A DNA stretch of 64,000 nt from Anaeromyxobacteraceae bacterium (lineage in GTDB: Bacteria; Myxococcota; Myxococcia; Myxococcales; Anaeromyxobacteraceae). The notes beneath the pieces are model-generated. The model saw nothing but the letters and a program-made list of their open reading frames with translations, searched no databases and was not told the DNA's origin. The stretch covers positions 173,942 through 237,941 of the forward strand of contig JAULAX010000005.1 of assembly GCA_032654565.1 (NCBI GenBank), in the 5' to 3' direction. Positions 21,366 to 32,483 of the stretch are shown piece by piece; within the stretch, counting starts at the first letter, position 1, and every line of letters begins with the position of its first letter. The position numbers and the translations under genes are program-made.

Positions 21366-23032
21366 CTAGCGGGGCTCGAGCGCGGTGAGCACCAGCAGGG
21401 TCTCGCCGCGGTCGAACTTGTTGGGGGAGGGATCGGCGTAGCGGTTGGTGGCGGTGGGGAAGCCGGTGAAGCGGCTGGTGTTGAACTCGGCCCACGACGG
21501 GTTGGGGTAGAGCGGGATGGCCGGGGCCTCGGCGGCGAAGACCCGCTGCAGCGCCCCGGAGAGGCGGCGCTGCTCGGCCACGTCGGGCTCGCGCTCGAAG
21601 GCGGCCAGCAGCTTGTCGGCCTCGGCGCTGCCGTAGCGGTGCCAGTTGGACATGGCCGGGGTGCCGACCGGCTTGATGGTCTCGGTCGACATCAGCCAGC
21701 GGTAGAAGGTGTAGGGGGTCGGCCCCTCGAACGACCAGCCGATGGAGAGGTCGAAGTTCCCCTCCTGCACCCGCTGCGACCAGGCCCCGTAGTCGTAGGT
21801 GCGGACCGAGGCGTCCACCCCCAGCTCGCGCAGGCCGCGGGCGATCACCTGGGCGGCCCGCACCCAGTCGGACCAGCCGGAGACCGCCATCACCTCGTAC
21901 TTCCAGGGCTTGCCGTCGGGGAGGCGGCGGAGGCCGTCCTTTCCGCGCCGGTGGCCGGCCTGGTCGAGCAGGGCGTTGGCCTTGGTGACGTCGCGGCGGA
22001 CCCAGTCGGCGGCGGCGGCCTCGGGGTCGCGCCAGCCGGCGTAGGCGTCGGAGAGGCCGGTGGCGTCGGCGGGGCGCGAGTACTTGTAGAGCGCCACCTC
22101 GATGACCAGGTCGCGGTCGATGGCCATGCTCAGGGCCTTGCGGACCCGGACGTCGTCGAAGGGGGGCCGGCCGGTGTTGGCGTAGAGGAAGATGGTGGTG
22201 CCGGTGAGCGGGAACCAGTAGGCGTGGTCCTTGGGCGAGCGCCCCACGAAGACCCGGTCGATGGCCGGGACGAAGTTGCCGGCCCAGTCGACCTCGTCGA
22301 AGACCAGCGCCAGGTTGGACCGCTCGTTGGACGGGTAGGCGGGGAAGCGCAGCGCCTCGACCCTGGGCTTGCCCGGCTGCCAGTAGTCGGGGTTGCGGCC
22401 GATCTCGTAGACCTGGTTCTGGAAGAGGCGGACCTGGGTGAACGGGCCGGTGGCCACCGGGTTCTCGTTGGAGAAGCTGACCGGGTCGGCCACCTGGCTC
22501 CAGACGTGCTCCGGGACGATGAGCTGGGCCAGCACGTCGTCGGCGCCGGGGAGGTAGACCCGGCTGAAGACGACGTCGACGGTGGCGTCGTCGACCAGCT
22601 CGACGCCGGCCAGGTAGCCCCAGAGGCCGCGCTTGTCGAGGGCCGGGAACTTCTCCAGCAGGTTGATGGTGAAGGCCACGTCACGGGCGGTGAAGGGCTT
22701 GCCGTCCGACCAGCGCACCCCGGGGCGGGTGAAGATGCGCAGCCGCCGGTTCTGGTCGCGCCAGTGGGAGTCCCTGGCCAGCCAGGGGATGAGCTCGCCG
22801 CGCACCCCGCTGAAGACGTAGAGCGGCTCGTAGATGCCGGCCCAGGTGGGCCAGCGCGGCGCGGTGGCGGTGGTGAGCGGGTTGAAGTTGCGGATCCAGG
22901 AGGCCTCCTGCTCCACCGAGACGGTGAGCACGCCGCGCGGGGCGGCGGGGCGCTCGCGGACGCAGCCGGCGGCGAGCAGCAGGGCCGCGGCGGCGCAGGC
23001 GCAGGTGGCCACCTCCACCGGGCGGCCCAGGC

Positions 23033-23036
<4 letters not shown>
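21366..23036 (-). CDS. Family-5 solute-binding lipoprotein (probable oligosaccharide-binding)
   Basis: GTG at 23036; lipobox LAAGC; RNFNP, IYEPL, WSDGKPFTARDV, ATGPF, RNPDYW, VSGWSDW; sugar-gene context. Confidence 0.88.
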
Positions 23037-23866
<830 letters not shown>

Positions 23867-23875
23867 GTGACCTCC

Positions 23876-25126
23876 TCAGCGGCGCGCCGGAGCGGCCGGG
23901 AAATGACGCGGGTCGGTGAGGGCCCGCTGGAGCAGCAAGGTGGCGGCGCCGACGGCGACGGCCCGGGCGCCGAGCTGGCTGGTGACGATCCGCGAGACCT
24001 CCACCGAGGAGGCCAGGGTGCGGCTGCGCACCGTCTCGCGGAGCGGCTCGAGGAGCAGCTCGCCGAGCCGGGCCAGGCCGCCGCCGACGATGACCACCGA
24101 GGGGTTGAGCATGTTGAGCAGGCCGGCCACGCCGATGCCGAGGGGCACGGCCGCCTCGCGGACCACCCGCAGCGCCAGCGGGTCTCCGGCCAGGGCGGCG
24201 TCCTCCAGCGAGGTGATGCCGAAGTCGCGGCCGGCCAGGGCGCTGCCGGGGTGGTCGGCGAGCAGCGCCCGGGCGCGCCGCAGCAGCGCCGGAGCCCCCA
24301 CCATGGTGACCAGGCAGCCGCGCAGGCCACAGCCGCAGGGGGCGCCGTGGGGGTCGATGGAGAGGTGGCCGACCTCGCCGGCGATGCCGCTGGCGCCGCG
24401 GTAGACCTTTCCGTCGACGAAGAAGCCGGCGCCGATGCCGGTGGCCAGCTTGATGTAGGCGAAGTTGTCGACGTCGCGGCCGGCCCCCCACCAGCGCTCG
24501 GCCAGCGCCCCCAGGTTGGCGTCGTTGTCGATCAGCACCGGCACCCGGAAGCGCTTGCGCAGCGCCTGGCCGACGTTGACCCCCTTCCAGGTGGGGACCA
24601 CCACGTCGTTGAGGAGGTCGGGGCGGGCCGGGTCGACCGGGCTGGGCACCGCCATCCCCACGCCCAGCAGCAGGCCGCGGCGCCCCCCCCAGGAGGCCAG
24701 GCAGCGCTCGGCCAGGGTGTTGACCAGGGCCAGGGCGCCGGGCGGGTCGTCGCGCACCGGGTGCTTCTGGTGCTCCCAGGCCAGCACCGCGCCGCGCAGG
24801 TCGGTGAGCGTGGCGGCCACGTGGGTGGCGCCGAGGTCGACGCCGAGGATGACCGCCGCGGCGTCGTCGAACTGCAGGACGATGGGGCGGCGCCCGCCCT
24901 TGGACTCACCGGCCCCCACCTCCTTGACCAGGCCGAGGTCGAGCAGCTCGTCGACGATCTGCGAGGCGGTGGAGCGGCTCAGCTCCTTGCGCCGGGCGAT
25001 CTCGGCGCGCGAGAGGGACTGCTCCCGCCAGATCAGCTGGAGCGCCTCGGAGAGGTTGGCGCGCGGCACCGGCGCCTCCACCGGCGCGGGTGCTCCCTTC
25101 CGCCTCCTCTTCATCATTCCGACCAT
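23876..25126 (-). CDS. ROK-family transcriptional repressor (NagC/XylR-like)
   Basis: HTH LSRAEIARRKELSRSTASQIV, GGRRP, GVDLG, IDNDANLGALAE, GEVGH...CGCGLRGCL zinc motif. Start uncertain (25126 or nearby ATGs). Confidence 0.93.
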   Translation of the reverse strand: MVGMMKRRRKGAPAPVEAPVPRANLSEALQLIWREQSLSRAEIARRKELSRSTASQIVDELLDLGLVKEVGAGESKGGRRPIVLQFDDAAAVILGVDLGATHVAATLTDLRGAVLAWEHQKHPVRDDPPGALALVNTLAERCLASWGGRRGLLLGVGMAVPSPVDPARPDLLNDVVVPTWKGVNVGQALRKRFRVPVLIDNDANLGALAERWWGAGRDVDNFAYIKLATGIGAGFFVDGKVYRGASGIAGEVGHLSIDPHGAPCGCGLRGCLVTMVGAPALLRRARALLADHPGSALAGRDFGITSLEDAALAGDPLALRVVREAAVPLGIGVAGLLNMLNPSVVIVGGGLARLGELLLEPLRETVRSRTLASSVEVSRIVTSQLGARAVAVGAATLLLQRALTDPRHFPAAPARR

Positions 25127-25185
25127 GTCGCTCCGCCTCGTGCCGCCTGGGGCCGCTCGCCGCGCCGCCTGCCGGCCCGGCCCGA

Positions 25186-26592
25186 CTACCTGTGGAAGTA
25201 GACGTTGTCGATGAAGACCGTCGCGGTGGAGGAGGAGAGGACCAGCTGGGCCAGGTGGGCCCGGCTGGTGAGCCCGGAGAAGCTGGCCAGGGGGATGTCG
25301 AAGGAGATCCACTGGCGGGTGAGCACCGCCGGCGAGGTGGCGGGGGTGAAGGTGAGCTCGTGCTGGGAGTCGGCGGCGGTGCCGGTGCCCTGGTAGGCCA
25401 GGTCGGTGCCGAAGTCGACCAGCTTGATCTTGAAGACGGTGGCGTCCGGCGACCAGACGTCGACGTGGAGGTGGGTCATGGCGCTGGCGTCGATGGCCTT
25501 GGCCCCGGCGAACTCGATGCCGACGTAGAGCAGGCTGGTGTACTTCTTCATCGGGTCGCCGCCGATGTTCACGTTGGTGAGGTTGGGCCCGGCGTTGATG
25601 TTGCTCCAGCTGGCGCCCCAGTTGTCCACCGCGACCTGCGGGTAGGGCTTGGAGAGCAGGGCGATGACGTCGGCGGCGGGCAGGGTCGGCGCCGGCGGGG
25701 CCGCGCTCGGCGCGGTCGGCGGCGGCATGGTGACGTTGACGGTGATGGCGCCGGGGACCGGCGTGCCGGCCAGGGAGGCGGTGATGCTGGCCTGGCCCGC
25801 GCCCACGCCGGTGATGTTGCCGGCTCCGTCCACGGTGGCCACGGTCTGGTCGGAGGAGGTCCACCGGAAGTAGGCCGAGGCCGGGCCGCTCCCGGCGGTG
25901 GCGCCGGAGTTGACGGCGCGGACCGTCCCGTCGAAGTCGGTGTAGTCGAGCGAGAGGCCGGTGGCGGGGAAGAAGCCGCCGGCGAGGATGCTGTGCGTGG
26001 AGGGGGCCAGGGCCGGCTGCAGCGCCATGGCCGAGGCGTCGACGGTGTCGAACCTCACGTCGTCGAACCAGGCCGTGTAGCCGATGCTGTCCACGGCCTG
26101 GAGCCAGAGCACGCCGTACTCGGCGGTGAGCTTCGACGGGTCGGGGATGGGGATGAGGTGTCGGGTCCACTCGGTGGTGAGCGGCAGGCCGAAGAGGGTG
26201 GTCTGGTAGACGTGACCCTGGTTGAAGGTGAGGCCGAAGCCGATGTCGTCGAAGGCGTGGGGCTCGGAGCCGCGGCTCCAGAAGGTGAGGGCGTTGGTGA
26301 AGGAGAGGTCCTGCGGCACGTCGGCGGTGACCGCCCAGCCGGCGTAGCCGGTGGAGGGCACGTCGACGCGGATCGAGGAGTTGCCGGCGCGCGAGGTGAG
26401 CCGGTCGACGCTGAGGGAGTAGACGTCGGCCCCCTGGGCCGGGTCGAAGGAGTAGGGCGTGTAGCCCTTGCTGAAGCCGTTGCTGAAGACCGCCAGGCCG
26501 GACCCCGGGGGGGGGGACTGGTCGAAGCAGCCGGTGAGGAGGTAGGGGAGCGTCGCCAGCGCGACCGGGAGCAGCAGCCTTCGAGGAGCCAT
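25186..26592 (-). CDS. Surface lipoprotein with CBM-like beta-sandwich, Big_2-like Ig and C-terminal CBM-like domains
   Basis: ATG at 26592; lipobox LLTGC; LTTEWTRHLIPIPDPSKL, WTSSDQTVATVD..G, LHVDVW, FIDNVYF; no catalytic motif seen. Confidence 0.7.
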   Translation of the reverse strand: MAPRRLLLPVALATLPYLLTGCFDQSPPPGSGLAVFSNGFSKGYTPYSFDPAQGADVYSLSVDRLTSRAGNSSIRVDVPSTGYAGWAVTADVPQDLSFTNALTFWSRGSEPHAFDDIGFGLTFNQGHVYQTTLFGLPLTTEWTRHLIPIPDPSKLTAEYGVLWLQAVDSIGYTAWFDDVRFDTVDASAMALQPALAPSTHSILAGGFFPATGLSLDYTDFDGTVRAVNSGATAGSGPASAYFRWTSSDQTVATVDGAGNITGVGAGQASITASLAGTPVPGAITVNVTMPPPTAPSAAPPAPTLPAADVIALLSKPYPQVAVDNWGASWSNINAGPNLTNVNIGGDPMKKYTSLLYVGIEFAGAKAIDASAMTHLHVDVWSPDATVFKIKLVDFGTDLAYQGTGTAADSQHELTFTPATSPAVLTRQWISFDIPLASFSGLTSRAHLAQLVLSSSTATVFIDNVYFHR

Positions 26593-26617
26593 GTTCACGC
26601 CTCCGGGGGGACGACGC

Positions 26618-26644
26618 ACTTTGTTCGATGCAAGAATTAACTAG
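26618..26644 (-). promoter_or_regulatory. Degenerate ROK-type operator upstream of lipoprotein/ROK/GH16/ABC arm
   Basis: Minus strand CTAGTTAATTCT-TGCAT-CGAACAAAGT aligns with the two stronger operator copies; TTGACA at 26664-26669 (minus), 20 nt from TAGTTA. Confidence 0.6.
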
Positions 26645-26648
26645 AGCC

Positions 26649-26684
26649 GCCGGCGCCGAGCCCTGTCAAGGACCCGACGCCGGC
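26649..26684 (-). terminator. GC-rich stem-loop after the 26699..28717 gene (terminator or RNA-stabilising hairpin)
   Basis: GCCGGCGCCGAGCCCT-gtca-AGGACCCGACGCCGGC; mismatches become G-U pairs on the minus-strand RNA; no clear U tract. Confidence 0.4.
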
Positions 26685-26698
26685 GCCTCACCCGCCTG

Positions 26699-28717
26699 CT
26701 ACTTCCAGAAGTAGACGTTGTCGATGAAGAAGGTGCCGCGCTCCGGAGTCGGGAAGTTGTCGGTGAAGAGGAGCTGCTGGAGGTTGGTGCTGCCACCCAG
26801 CCCCTTGGCGGCGAAGGCCGACATGGGGATGTCGAGGCTCAACCATGCTCCAGTGGAGATGGCCGGGGTCGTCACGCCAGTCAGCTGGACCTCGCCCTCC
26901 GTCTGGGGCGCTCCGCCGGTCGCCATGTTGACCAGCTTGACGCCGAACTTGGTGGCGTCGGGCGTCCAGACGTCGACGTGGAAGTTGGTGTAGGTCGAGG
27001 CGTCGATGGGGTTGGCGTAGAACTCGGTGCCGACGTAGCTCACGGCGGCGTACTTCTTCACCGTCTTCCCGCCGATGACCACGTCGGTGACGACGTTGGG
27101 ATCACCCCAGCTGGCCGCCCAGTTGATGCCCGGGTGGTCGGTGTAGGTCCCGCTGCTGTTGTACATGGAGAGGACGTTGGCCGGGAGGTGCGTCGGGGTG
27201 AGCGTGGTGGTCGGGGCCATGGGCCCGGTGCCGCCGGTGACGGTGACCGGGATGGTCCCGAGCAGGCCGACGGTGCCGAAGCGGACCGAGATGGTGGTGG
27301 TGCCGGCCTTGAGGCCGGTGACCACGCCGTCGGGGTCCACGCTGGCCACGGTCGGGTCGGCCGGGGTGAGCGTGTACCAGCGGAAGCTGGTGTTGGTGAG
27401 CCGGCCGAGGTTGCTCATCACCGGCGGGCCCCAGGTGACGAAGTTGGGGGCCGAGTCGACGGGGAACGGCGTGCCGCCGACGGCGACCGACACCGCAGGC
27501 AGGTTGGCCGAGGCGCCGGTCGGGGCGCCCAGGTCAGCGGGGAGGAGGCTCTCGTACTGGACGTCGTCGAACCAGATGGTGTAGGCCCCCTCCGACCCCT
27601 CGGCGAAGTGGAAGAGCCCCAGGGCGGCGGTCATCTTGCTGGGATCGGGGATGGGGATGATGTGCTTGGTCCAGGTGGTGGTGAGCGCGACCTGGGTGAC
27701 CTCGGCCTTGTAGCTCGGGCCGGCCACGCCGGTGTCGCCGATGCCGTCCACGTTGAGGATGTGGCCGGCCGTGTCGGCCTTCACCCAGTAGGTGACGGCG
27801 TTGTAGGCGGAGAGGTCCTGGGGGGCGGCCACCTTGAGCGTGCCGCCGGTCCAGCCGGCGGCCGGGACCTCGACGCGGAGCGAGGCGGTGCCGGAGTGGA
27901 ACTGGGTGGAGTCGACGGTCACCACGTTGGTGGGGCCGCCGTTGTAGCCGAAGAAGGTGACGCCGGCGGCGTAGTCATCGGCGAAGACCACCCGGACCGC
28001 CCGCGGGACGGTGTCGTAGTCCTGGGTGGCGCTGACGGCGGCGGCGTTGTTGTTGCCGGCCACGTCGGAGAAGGAGCCGGCCGGGACGGTCACGGTGATG
28101 GTGCCGACGGTGGCGGCGGTCGGGGTGACCAGCAGCGTGTAGTGGGTGGCGTCGGTCTTGCCGAGGGTGGCCGCCTTGGTGCCGCCGGTCACGGTCACGT
28201 CGCTGAGCGTGAAGCTGGTGGCGACGTCCTCGCTGAAGGTGAAGGTGAAGGTGACGGGGCCGGTCGCGGTGGCCGCGGCGACGTCGTCGGTGATGGCCAC
28301 GGTGGGCGCGACGACGTCGGGCAGGGCGTAGGCCTGGCTGGCGCTGGCGGCGGTGGTGTTGGCGTTGCCGGCCAGGTCGGAGAAGGCCCCGGCCGCGACC
28401 GACACGGAGAGGGTGCCGGACTGGGCGCTGGGGGTGATCAGCATGGCGTAGACGGTGGCGCTCACCTTGGTGAGCGCGCCCTTGGTCCCGCCGGTGGCGG
28501 TGACGTCGGCGGCGGTGAAGCTGGTGCCGACGTCCTCGCTGAAGTTGAAGGTGAAGGTGACGGGGCCGGTCGCGGTGGCGCCGGGCACGTCGTCGACGAT
28601 GGTCAGGGTGGGGGGGGTGGTGTCCGCCGTATCGGTGGAGCTGCTGCCGCAGGCCGCCAGCAACAGGGTGGGGAGCAACACGAGAGAGGCCGCGAGAGAA
28701 CGCATCCGACTGGTCAT
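26699..28717 (-). CDS. Surface lipoprotein: two tandem Ig-like repeats + CBM-like + Big_2-like + C-terminal CBM-like domain
   Basis: Lipobox LLAAC; two ~102-aa DxxxPT...VTFTFxFSEDV repeats; LTTTWTKHIIPIPDPSKM; FHVDVW; FIDNVYFWK; paralog of 25186..26592. Confidence 0.72.
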   Translation of the reverse strand: MTSRMRSLAASLVLLPTLLLAACGSSSTDTADTTPPTLTIVDDVPGATATGPVTFTFNFSEDVGTSFTAADVTATGGTKGALTKVSATVYAMLITPSAQSGTLSVSVAAGAFSDLAGNANTTAASASQAYALPDVVAPTVAITDDVAAATATGPVTFTFTFSEDVATSFTLSDVTVTGGTKAATLGKTDATHYTLLVTPTAATVGTITVTVPAGSFSDVAGNNNAAAVSATQDYDTVPRAVRVVFADDYAAGVTFFGYNGGPTNVVTVDSTQFHSGTASLRVEVPAAGWTGGTLKVAAPQDLSAYNAVTYWVKADTAGHILNVDGIGDTGVAGPSYKAEVTQVALTTTWTKHIIPIPDPSKMTAALGLFHFAEGSEGAYTIWFDDVQYESLLPADLGAPTGASANLPAVSVAVGGTPFPVDSAPNFVTWGPPVMSNLGRLTNTSFRWYTLTPADPTVASVDPDGVVTGLKAGTTTISVRFGTVGLLGTIPVTVTGGTGPMAPTTTLTPTHLPANVLSMYNSSGTYTDHPGINWAASWGDPNVVTDVVIGGKTVKKYAAVSYVGTEFYANPIDASTYTNFHVDVWTPDATKFGVKLVNMATGGAPQTEGEVQLTGVTTPAISTGAWLSLDIPMSAFAAKGLGGSTNLQQLLFTDNFPTPERGTFFIDNVYFWK

Positions 28718-28803
28718 GAGTCACGCTCCGAGGGGACGACGGTGTTGGGTACGGCGATGATCCCGGGGGCGGCCTTCTCCATCGCTGCTCCGAACGCCCC
28801 TTG

Positions 28804-28853
28804 ACTTTGTTTGTCTATCGAACAAACTAACAACCTGCTCGTGGAGATGTCAA
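28804..28853 (-). promoter_or_regulatory. Sigma70-like promoter (TTGACA-N18-TAGTTT) overlapped by ROK-type operator palindrome
   Basis: Minus strand: TTGACA (28848-28853), 18 nt, then TAGTTTGTTCG-ATAGA-CAAACAAAGT (28804-28829); same geometry as the site at 7574. Confidence 0.8.
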
Positions 28854-28940
28854 CGCGAGTTCGTGAAATGAGCAGGGCCGGGGTGGCGGATTGCCACATT
28901 GGCGGGACTTTTAGCGCGGTGCGTTACGGGGAGTCGGGCC

Positions 28941-31900
28941 ATGGACCGATCTGGACAGCTTCACTACGGGGCAAGCCCGGTGCCGGGAGACGACCGGCTG
29001 GCCTCGGGCCGGCTGGTCCGGGCCTTCGGCGAGGACTGCTACGTCATCGAGGACGCCCAGGCCCTGCGCCCCTTCCTCACCAGCGTGGTCAGCGACTCGG
29101 ATCACTGGCTCTTCGTGGCCAGCAACGGCGGCCTGACCGCCGGCCGGCGCAGCCCGGCCACCGCCCTCTTCCCCTACGTCACCGAGGACAAGCTGGCCGA
29201 CTCCCCCGGCGTCACCGGGCCGGTCACCTCGCTGATCGCCACCCGGGCCGGCCGGCGCGCCCTCTGGCACCCGCTCGCCGACGGCGACCGGCTGGTCTAC
29301 CGCACCCGCCGCCGGCTCTACCGCAACGTGCTCGGCACCCGGCTGGTCTTCGAGGAGGAGAACGACGCCCTCGGCCTCACCTTCCGCGCCTCCTGGCGCA
29401 CCAGCGACCGCTTCGGCTTCGTGCGCGAGTGCACGCTGCTCAACCGCGGAGACGGGCCGGTGGCCGTCGCCCTGCTCGACGGGCTGCTCAACCTGCTCCC
29501 CGGCGACGCCGACGAGCTGCTCCAGCAGGGGTACAGCGTGCTGCTCGACGCCTACAAGCAGGCCGAGCGGCTCCCCGGCTCGACGCTGGCGGTCTACACG
29601 CTGGCGGCCCAGGTGGTGGACCGGCCCGAGCCGCGCGAGGCGCTCCACGCCACCACCGCCTGGAGCCACGGGCTCCCCGGCGCCCGGGTCCAGCTCACCG
29701 CCGCGGCGCTCCAGGCCTTCGACCGCGGCGCGGCCACCACGCCGGCCGACGCCGTCCGCGGCCAGCGCGGCGCCTACCTCTGCGAGGCGGACTTCGAGCT
29801 GGCCGCCGGCGCCGAGCAGGGCTGGCTGCTGGTGGCCGACGTGGCCCGCACCCAGCAGGACGTGGCCCGCCTGGTGGAGCAGCTGCGCCACCCCGAGCCG
29901 CTGGTGGCCGAGCTGCAGGCCGACGTGGACCGCGGCGTGGCGCGCATCGAGCAGCTGCTGGCGGCCACCGACGGCGCCCAGCTCTCCGCCGACCGGCTGG
30001 CGGCGGCCCACCACCTCTCCAACGTGCTCTTCAACGACCTGCGCGGCGGCGTCTTCGCCCACGGCACCGGCATCCCGGGGCGGGACTTCGAGGCCTTCGT
30101 CCGCGCCGCCAACCGGCCGGCCTGGGCCCGCCACGCCGCCGCCCTGGCGGCCCTGCCCGAGCTGGAGCCGCGGGAGGCCCACCTGGCCCGCGTCGAGGCG
30201 ATGGGCGACCCCGACCTGACCCGGCTCTCCGCCGAGTACCTGCCGCTCTGCTTCAGCCGGCGCCACGGCGACCCCAGTCGCCCCTGGAACCGCTTCGACA
30301 TCCGGGTGCGCGACGAGCGCGGCGCCCCGGTGCTCGACTACCAGGGGAACTGGCGGGACATCTTCCAGAACTGGGAGGCGCTGGCGAGGAGCTTCCCCGG
30401 CTTCGCCGAGCAGATGCTGGCCAAGTTCGTCAACGCCTCCACCGTCGACGGCCACAACCCCTACCGGATCGGCCGCGACGGCATCGACTGGGAGGTCCCC
30501 GAGCCGGGCAACCCCTGGTCGACCATCGGCTACTGGGGCGATCACCAGCTGGTCTACCTGCTGCGGCTCATGGAGCTCTCGCTGGCCCACCACCCGGCGG
30601 CGCTCCCGGCCTGGCTGGAGCGACCGCTCTTCACCTACGCCGAGGTGCCGTACCTCTACCGGCCCTACGCCGACATCGTCGCCGACCCGCGCAACACCAT
30701 CACCTTCGACGAGGCGCGCCAGGCGCGGCTGCTGGCCCGGACCCCGACCCTCGGCTCCGACGCCCGGCTGCTGCACGGCGAGGCCGGGCTGGTGCGGGTG
30801 ACGCTGGTGGAGAAGCTGCTGGTGCCGGCGCTGGCCAAGCTGGCCAACTTCGTGCCCGGCGGCGGCGTCTGGATGAACACCCAGCGGCCGGAGTGGAACG
30901 ACGCCAACAACGCCCTGGTCGGCTACGGCGTCTCGATGGTGACGCTCTGCCACCTGGAGCGCTACCTGGTGGCGCTGGCCGGCCTGCTCGGCCCGCTGGC
31001 CGGCCGCCGCACCCCGCTCTCCGCCGAGGTGGCCATCTGGCTCGAGGAGACGCGGGCCGCGCTGGAGGCCCACCGGCCGGCGCTGGAGGGCGGCGGCTTC
31101 GACGACGCCGCCCGCGGCCGGCTCATGGAGGCGCTCGGCACCGCCGCCGGGGCCTACCGGGCCACCGTCTACGAGCAGGGCTTCACCGGCCCGGTGCCGG
31201 TGGCGGTCGACGAGCTGCTGGCGCTGGCCACGCTGGCCGGGACCTTCCTGCGCCAGACCATCGCCGCGGCCCGCCGGCCGGACGGCCTCTTCCACGCCTA
31301 CAACGTGCTGGTGCCCCGCGGCGCCGGTGGCGGCTTCGGCGTCGAGCACCTCGAGGAGATGCTGGAGGGGCAGGTGGCGGCGCTCACCACCCGGGCCGTC
31401 GACGACGAGGCGGCCTGCGGCGTGCTGGAGGCGCTGCGGCAGAGCCGGCTCTACCGCCCCGATCAGCAGAGCTACCTGCTCTACCCGGACCGGCGGCTAC
31501 CCGGCTTCCTGGAGAAGAACGTCATCCCCGAGGCGGCGCTGGGCGCCGCGCCGCTGCTGGCCCGGCTGCTGGCGGCCGGCGACCAGCGGGTGGTGCTGCG
31601 CGACGCCGCCGGACGGCTGCGCTTCCACGGCGCCCTGCACAACGCCGAGGCCTGCGCCGCGGCGCTGCGCGCCCTGCCGGCGGGCGGGACCCCCGGCGCC
31701 GGCGAGGCCGAGGTGGCGGCGGTGCTCGAGGTCTACGAGTCGGTCTTCCACCACCGGGCCTTCACCGGCCGCAGCGGCACCATGTTCGCCTACGAGGGGC
31801 TGGGGAGCATCTACTGGCACATGGTGGGCAAGCTGCTGCTGGCGGTGCAGGAGCGGTTCGTCGAGGCGGCCGAGCGCGGCGCGCCGGCGCCCCTGCTGGC

Positions 31901-32411
31901 GCGGCTGGCGGCCCACTACGAGGCCATCCGGGCCGGCATGGGCGGGGCCGAGAAGTCGCCGGCCGCCTGGGGCGCCTTCCCGCTCGACGCCTACTCCCAC
32001 TCGCCGGCCCACGGCGGCGCCCGGCAGCCGGGCATGACCGGCCAGGTGAAGGAGGAGATCCTGCTGCGGCTCGGCGAGCTGGGGGTGCTGGTGCGCGGCG
32101 GCCTGGTCTCGTTCCGGCCGCGGCTGCTGCGGCGGGCCGAGGCGCTGGCCGCCCCGGCCCGCTTCGAGCCGCTGGCCGCCGACGGCACGCGGCGGCGGCT
32201 GGAGCTGCCGGCCGGAACCCTGGCCTTCACCCTCTGCCAGGTGCCGGTGGTCTATCACCACGGCGAGCCGCGCCGCGTCGTCGTGACCGGCGCCGACGGG
32301 AACAGCCGCACCCTGCCCGGCGACACCCTCGACGCCGCCGGCTCGGCGGCCCTCTTCGAGCGCTCCGGGCGGATCGAGCGGATCGACGTCTGGACCACCC
32401 CGGGGCGGTGA
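28941..32411 (+). CDS. GH149-type beta-1,3-glucan phosphorylase
   Basis: ~1156 aa from ATG 28941; ALFPYVTEDK, FSRRHGDPSRPWNRF, YQGNWRDIFQNWEAL, IGYWGDHQ, WMNTQRPEWNDANNAL, AYEGLGSIYWHMV, QPGMTGQVKE; GH16/GH17 context. Confidence 0.82.
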   Translation: MDRSGQLHYGASPVPGDDRLASGRLVRAFGEDCYVIEDAQALRPFLTSVVSDSDHWLFVASNGGLTAGRRSPATALFPYVTEDKLADSPGVTGPVTSLIATRAGRRALWHPLADGDRLVYRTRRRLYRNVLGTRLVFEEENDALGLTFRASWRTSDRFGFVRECTLLNRGDGPVAVALLDGLLNLLPGDADELLQQGYSVLLDAYKQAERLPGSTLAVYTLAAQVVDRPEPREALHATTAWSHGLPGARVQLTAAALQAFDRGAATTPADAVRGQRGAYLCEADFELAAGAEQGWLLVADVARTQQDVARLVEQLRHPEPLVAELQADVDRGVARIEQLLAATDGAQLSADRLAAAHHLSNVLFNDLRGGVFAHGTGIPGRDFEAFVRAANRPAWARHAAALAALPELEPREAHLARVEAMGDPDLTRLSAEYLPLCFSRRHGDPSRPWNRFDIRVRDERGAPVLDYQGNWRDIFQNWEALARSFPGFAEQMLAKFVNASTVDGHNPYRIGRDGIDWEVPEPGNPWSTIGYWGDHQLVYLLRLMELSLAHHPAALPAWLERPLFTYAEVPYLYRPYADIVADPRNTITFDEARQARLLARTPTLGSDARLLHGEAGLVRVTLVEKLLVPALAKLANFVPGGGVWMNTQRPEWNDANNALVGYGVSMVTLCHLERYLVALAGLLGPLAGRRTPLSAEVAIWLEETRAALEAHRPALEGGGFDDAARGRLMEALGTAAGAYRATVYEQGFTGPVPVAVDELLALATLAGTFLRQTIAAARRPDGLFHAYNVLVPRGAGGGFGVEHLEEMLEGQVAALTTRAVDDEAACGVLEALRQSRLYRPDQQSYLLYPDRRLPGFLEKNVIPEAALGAAPLLARLLAAGDQRVVLRDAAGRLRFHGALHNAEACAAALRALPAGGTPGAGEAEVAAVLEVYESVFHHRAFTGRSGTMFAYEGLGSIYWHMVGKLLLAVQERFVEAAERGAPAPLLARLAAHYEAIRAGMGGAEKSPAAWGAFPLDAYSHSPAHGGARQPGMTGQVKEEILLRLGELGVLVRGGLVSFRPRLLRRAEALAAPARFEPLAADGTRRRLELPAGTLAFTLCQVPVVYHHGEPRRVVVTGADGNSRTLPGDTLDAAGSAALFERSGRIERIDVWTTPGR

Positions 32412-32483
32412 GCGAGGCCGCCCCGCCGCCCGCGGATTTGCTACCCTGCCTTTACGGTCCCCCCGGGCCGGGAGGCGCACCGC

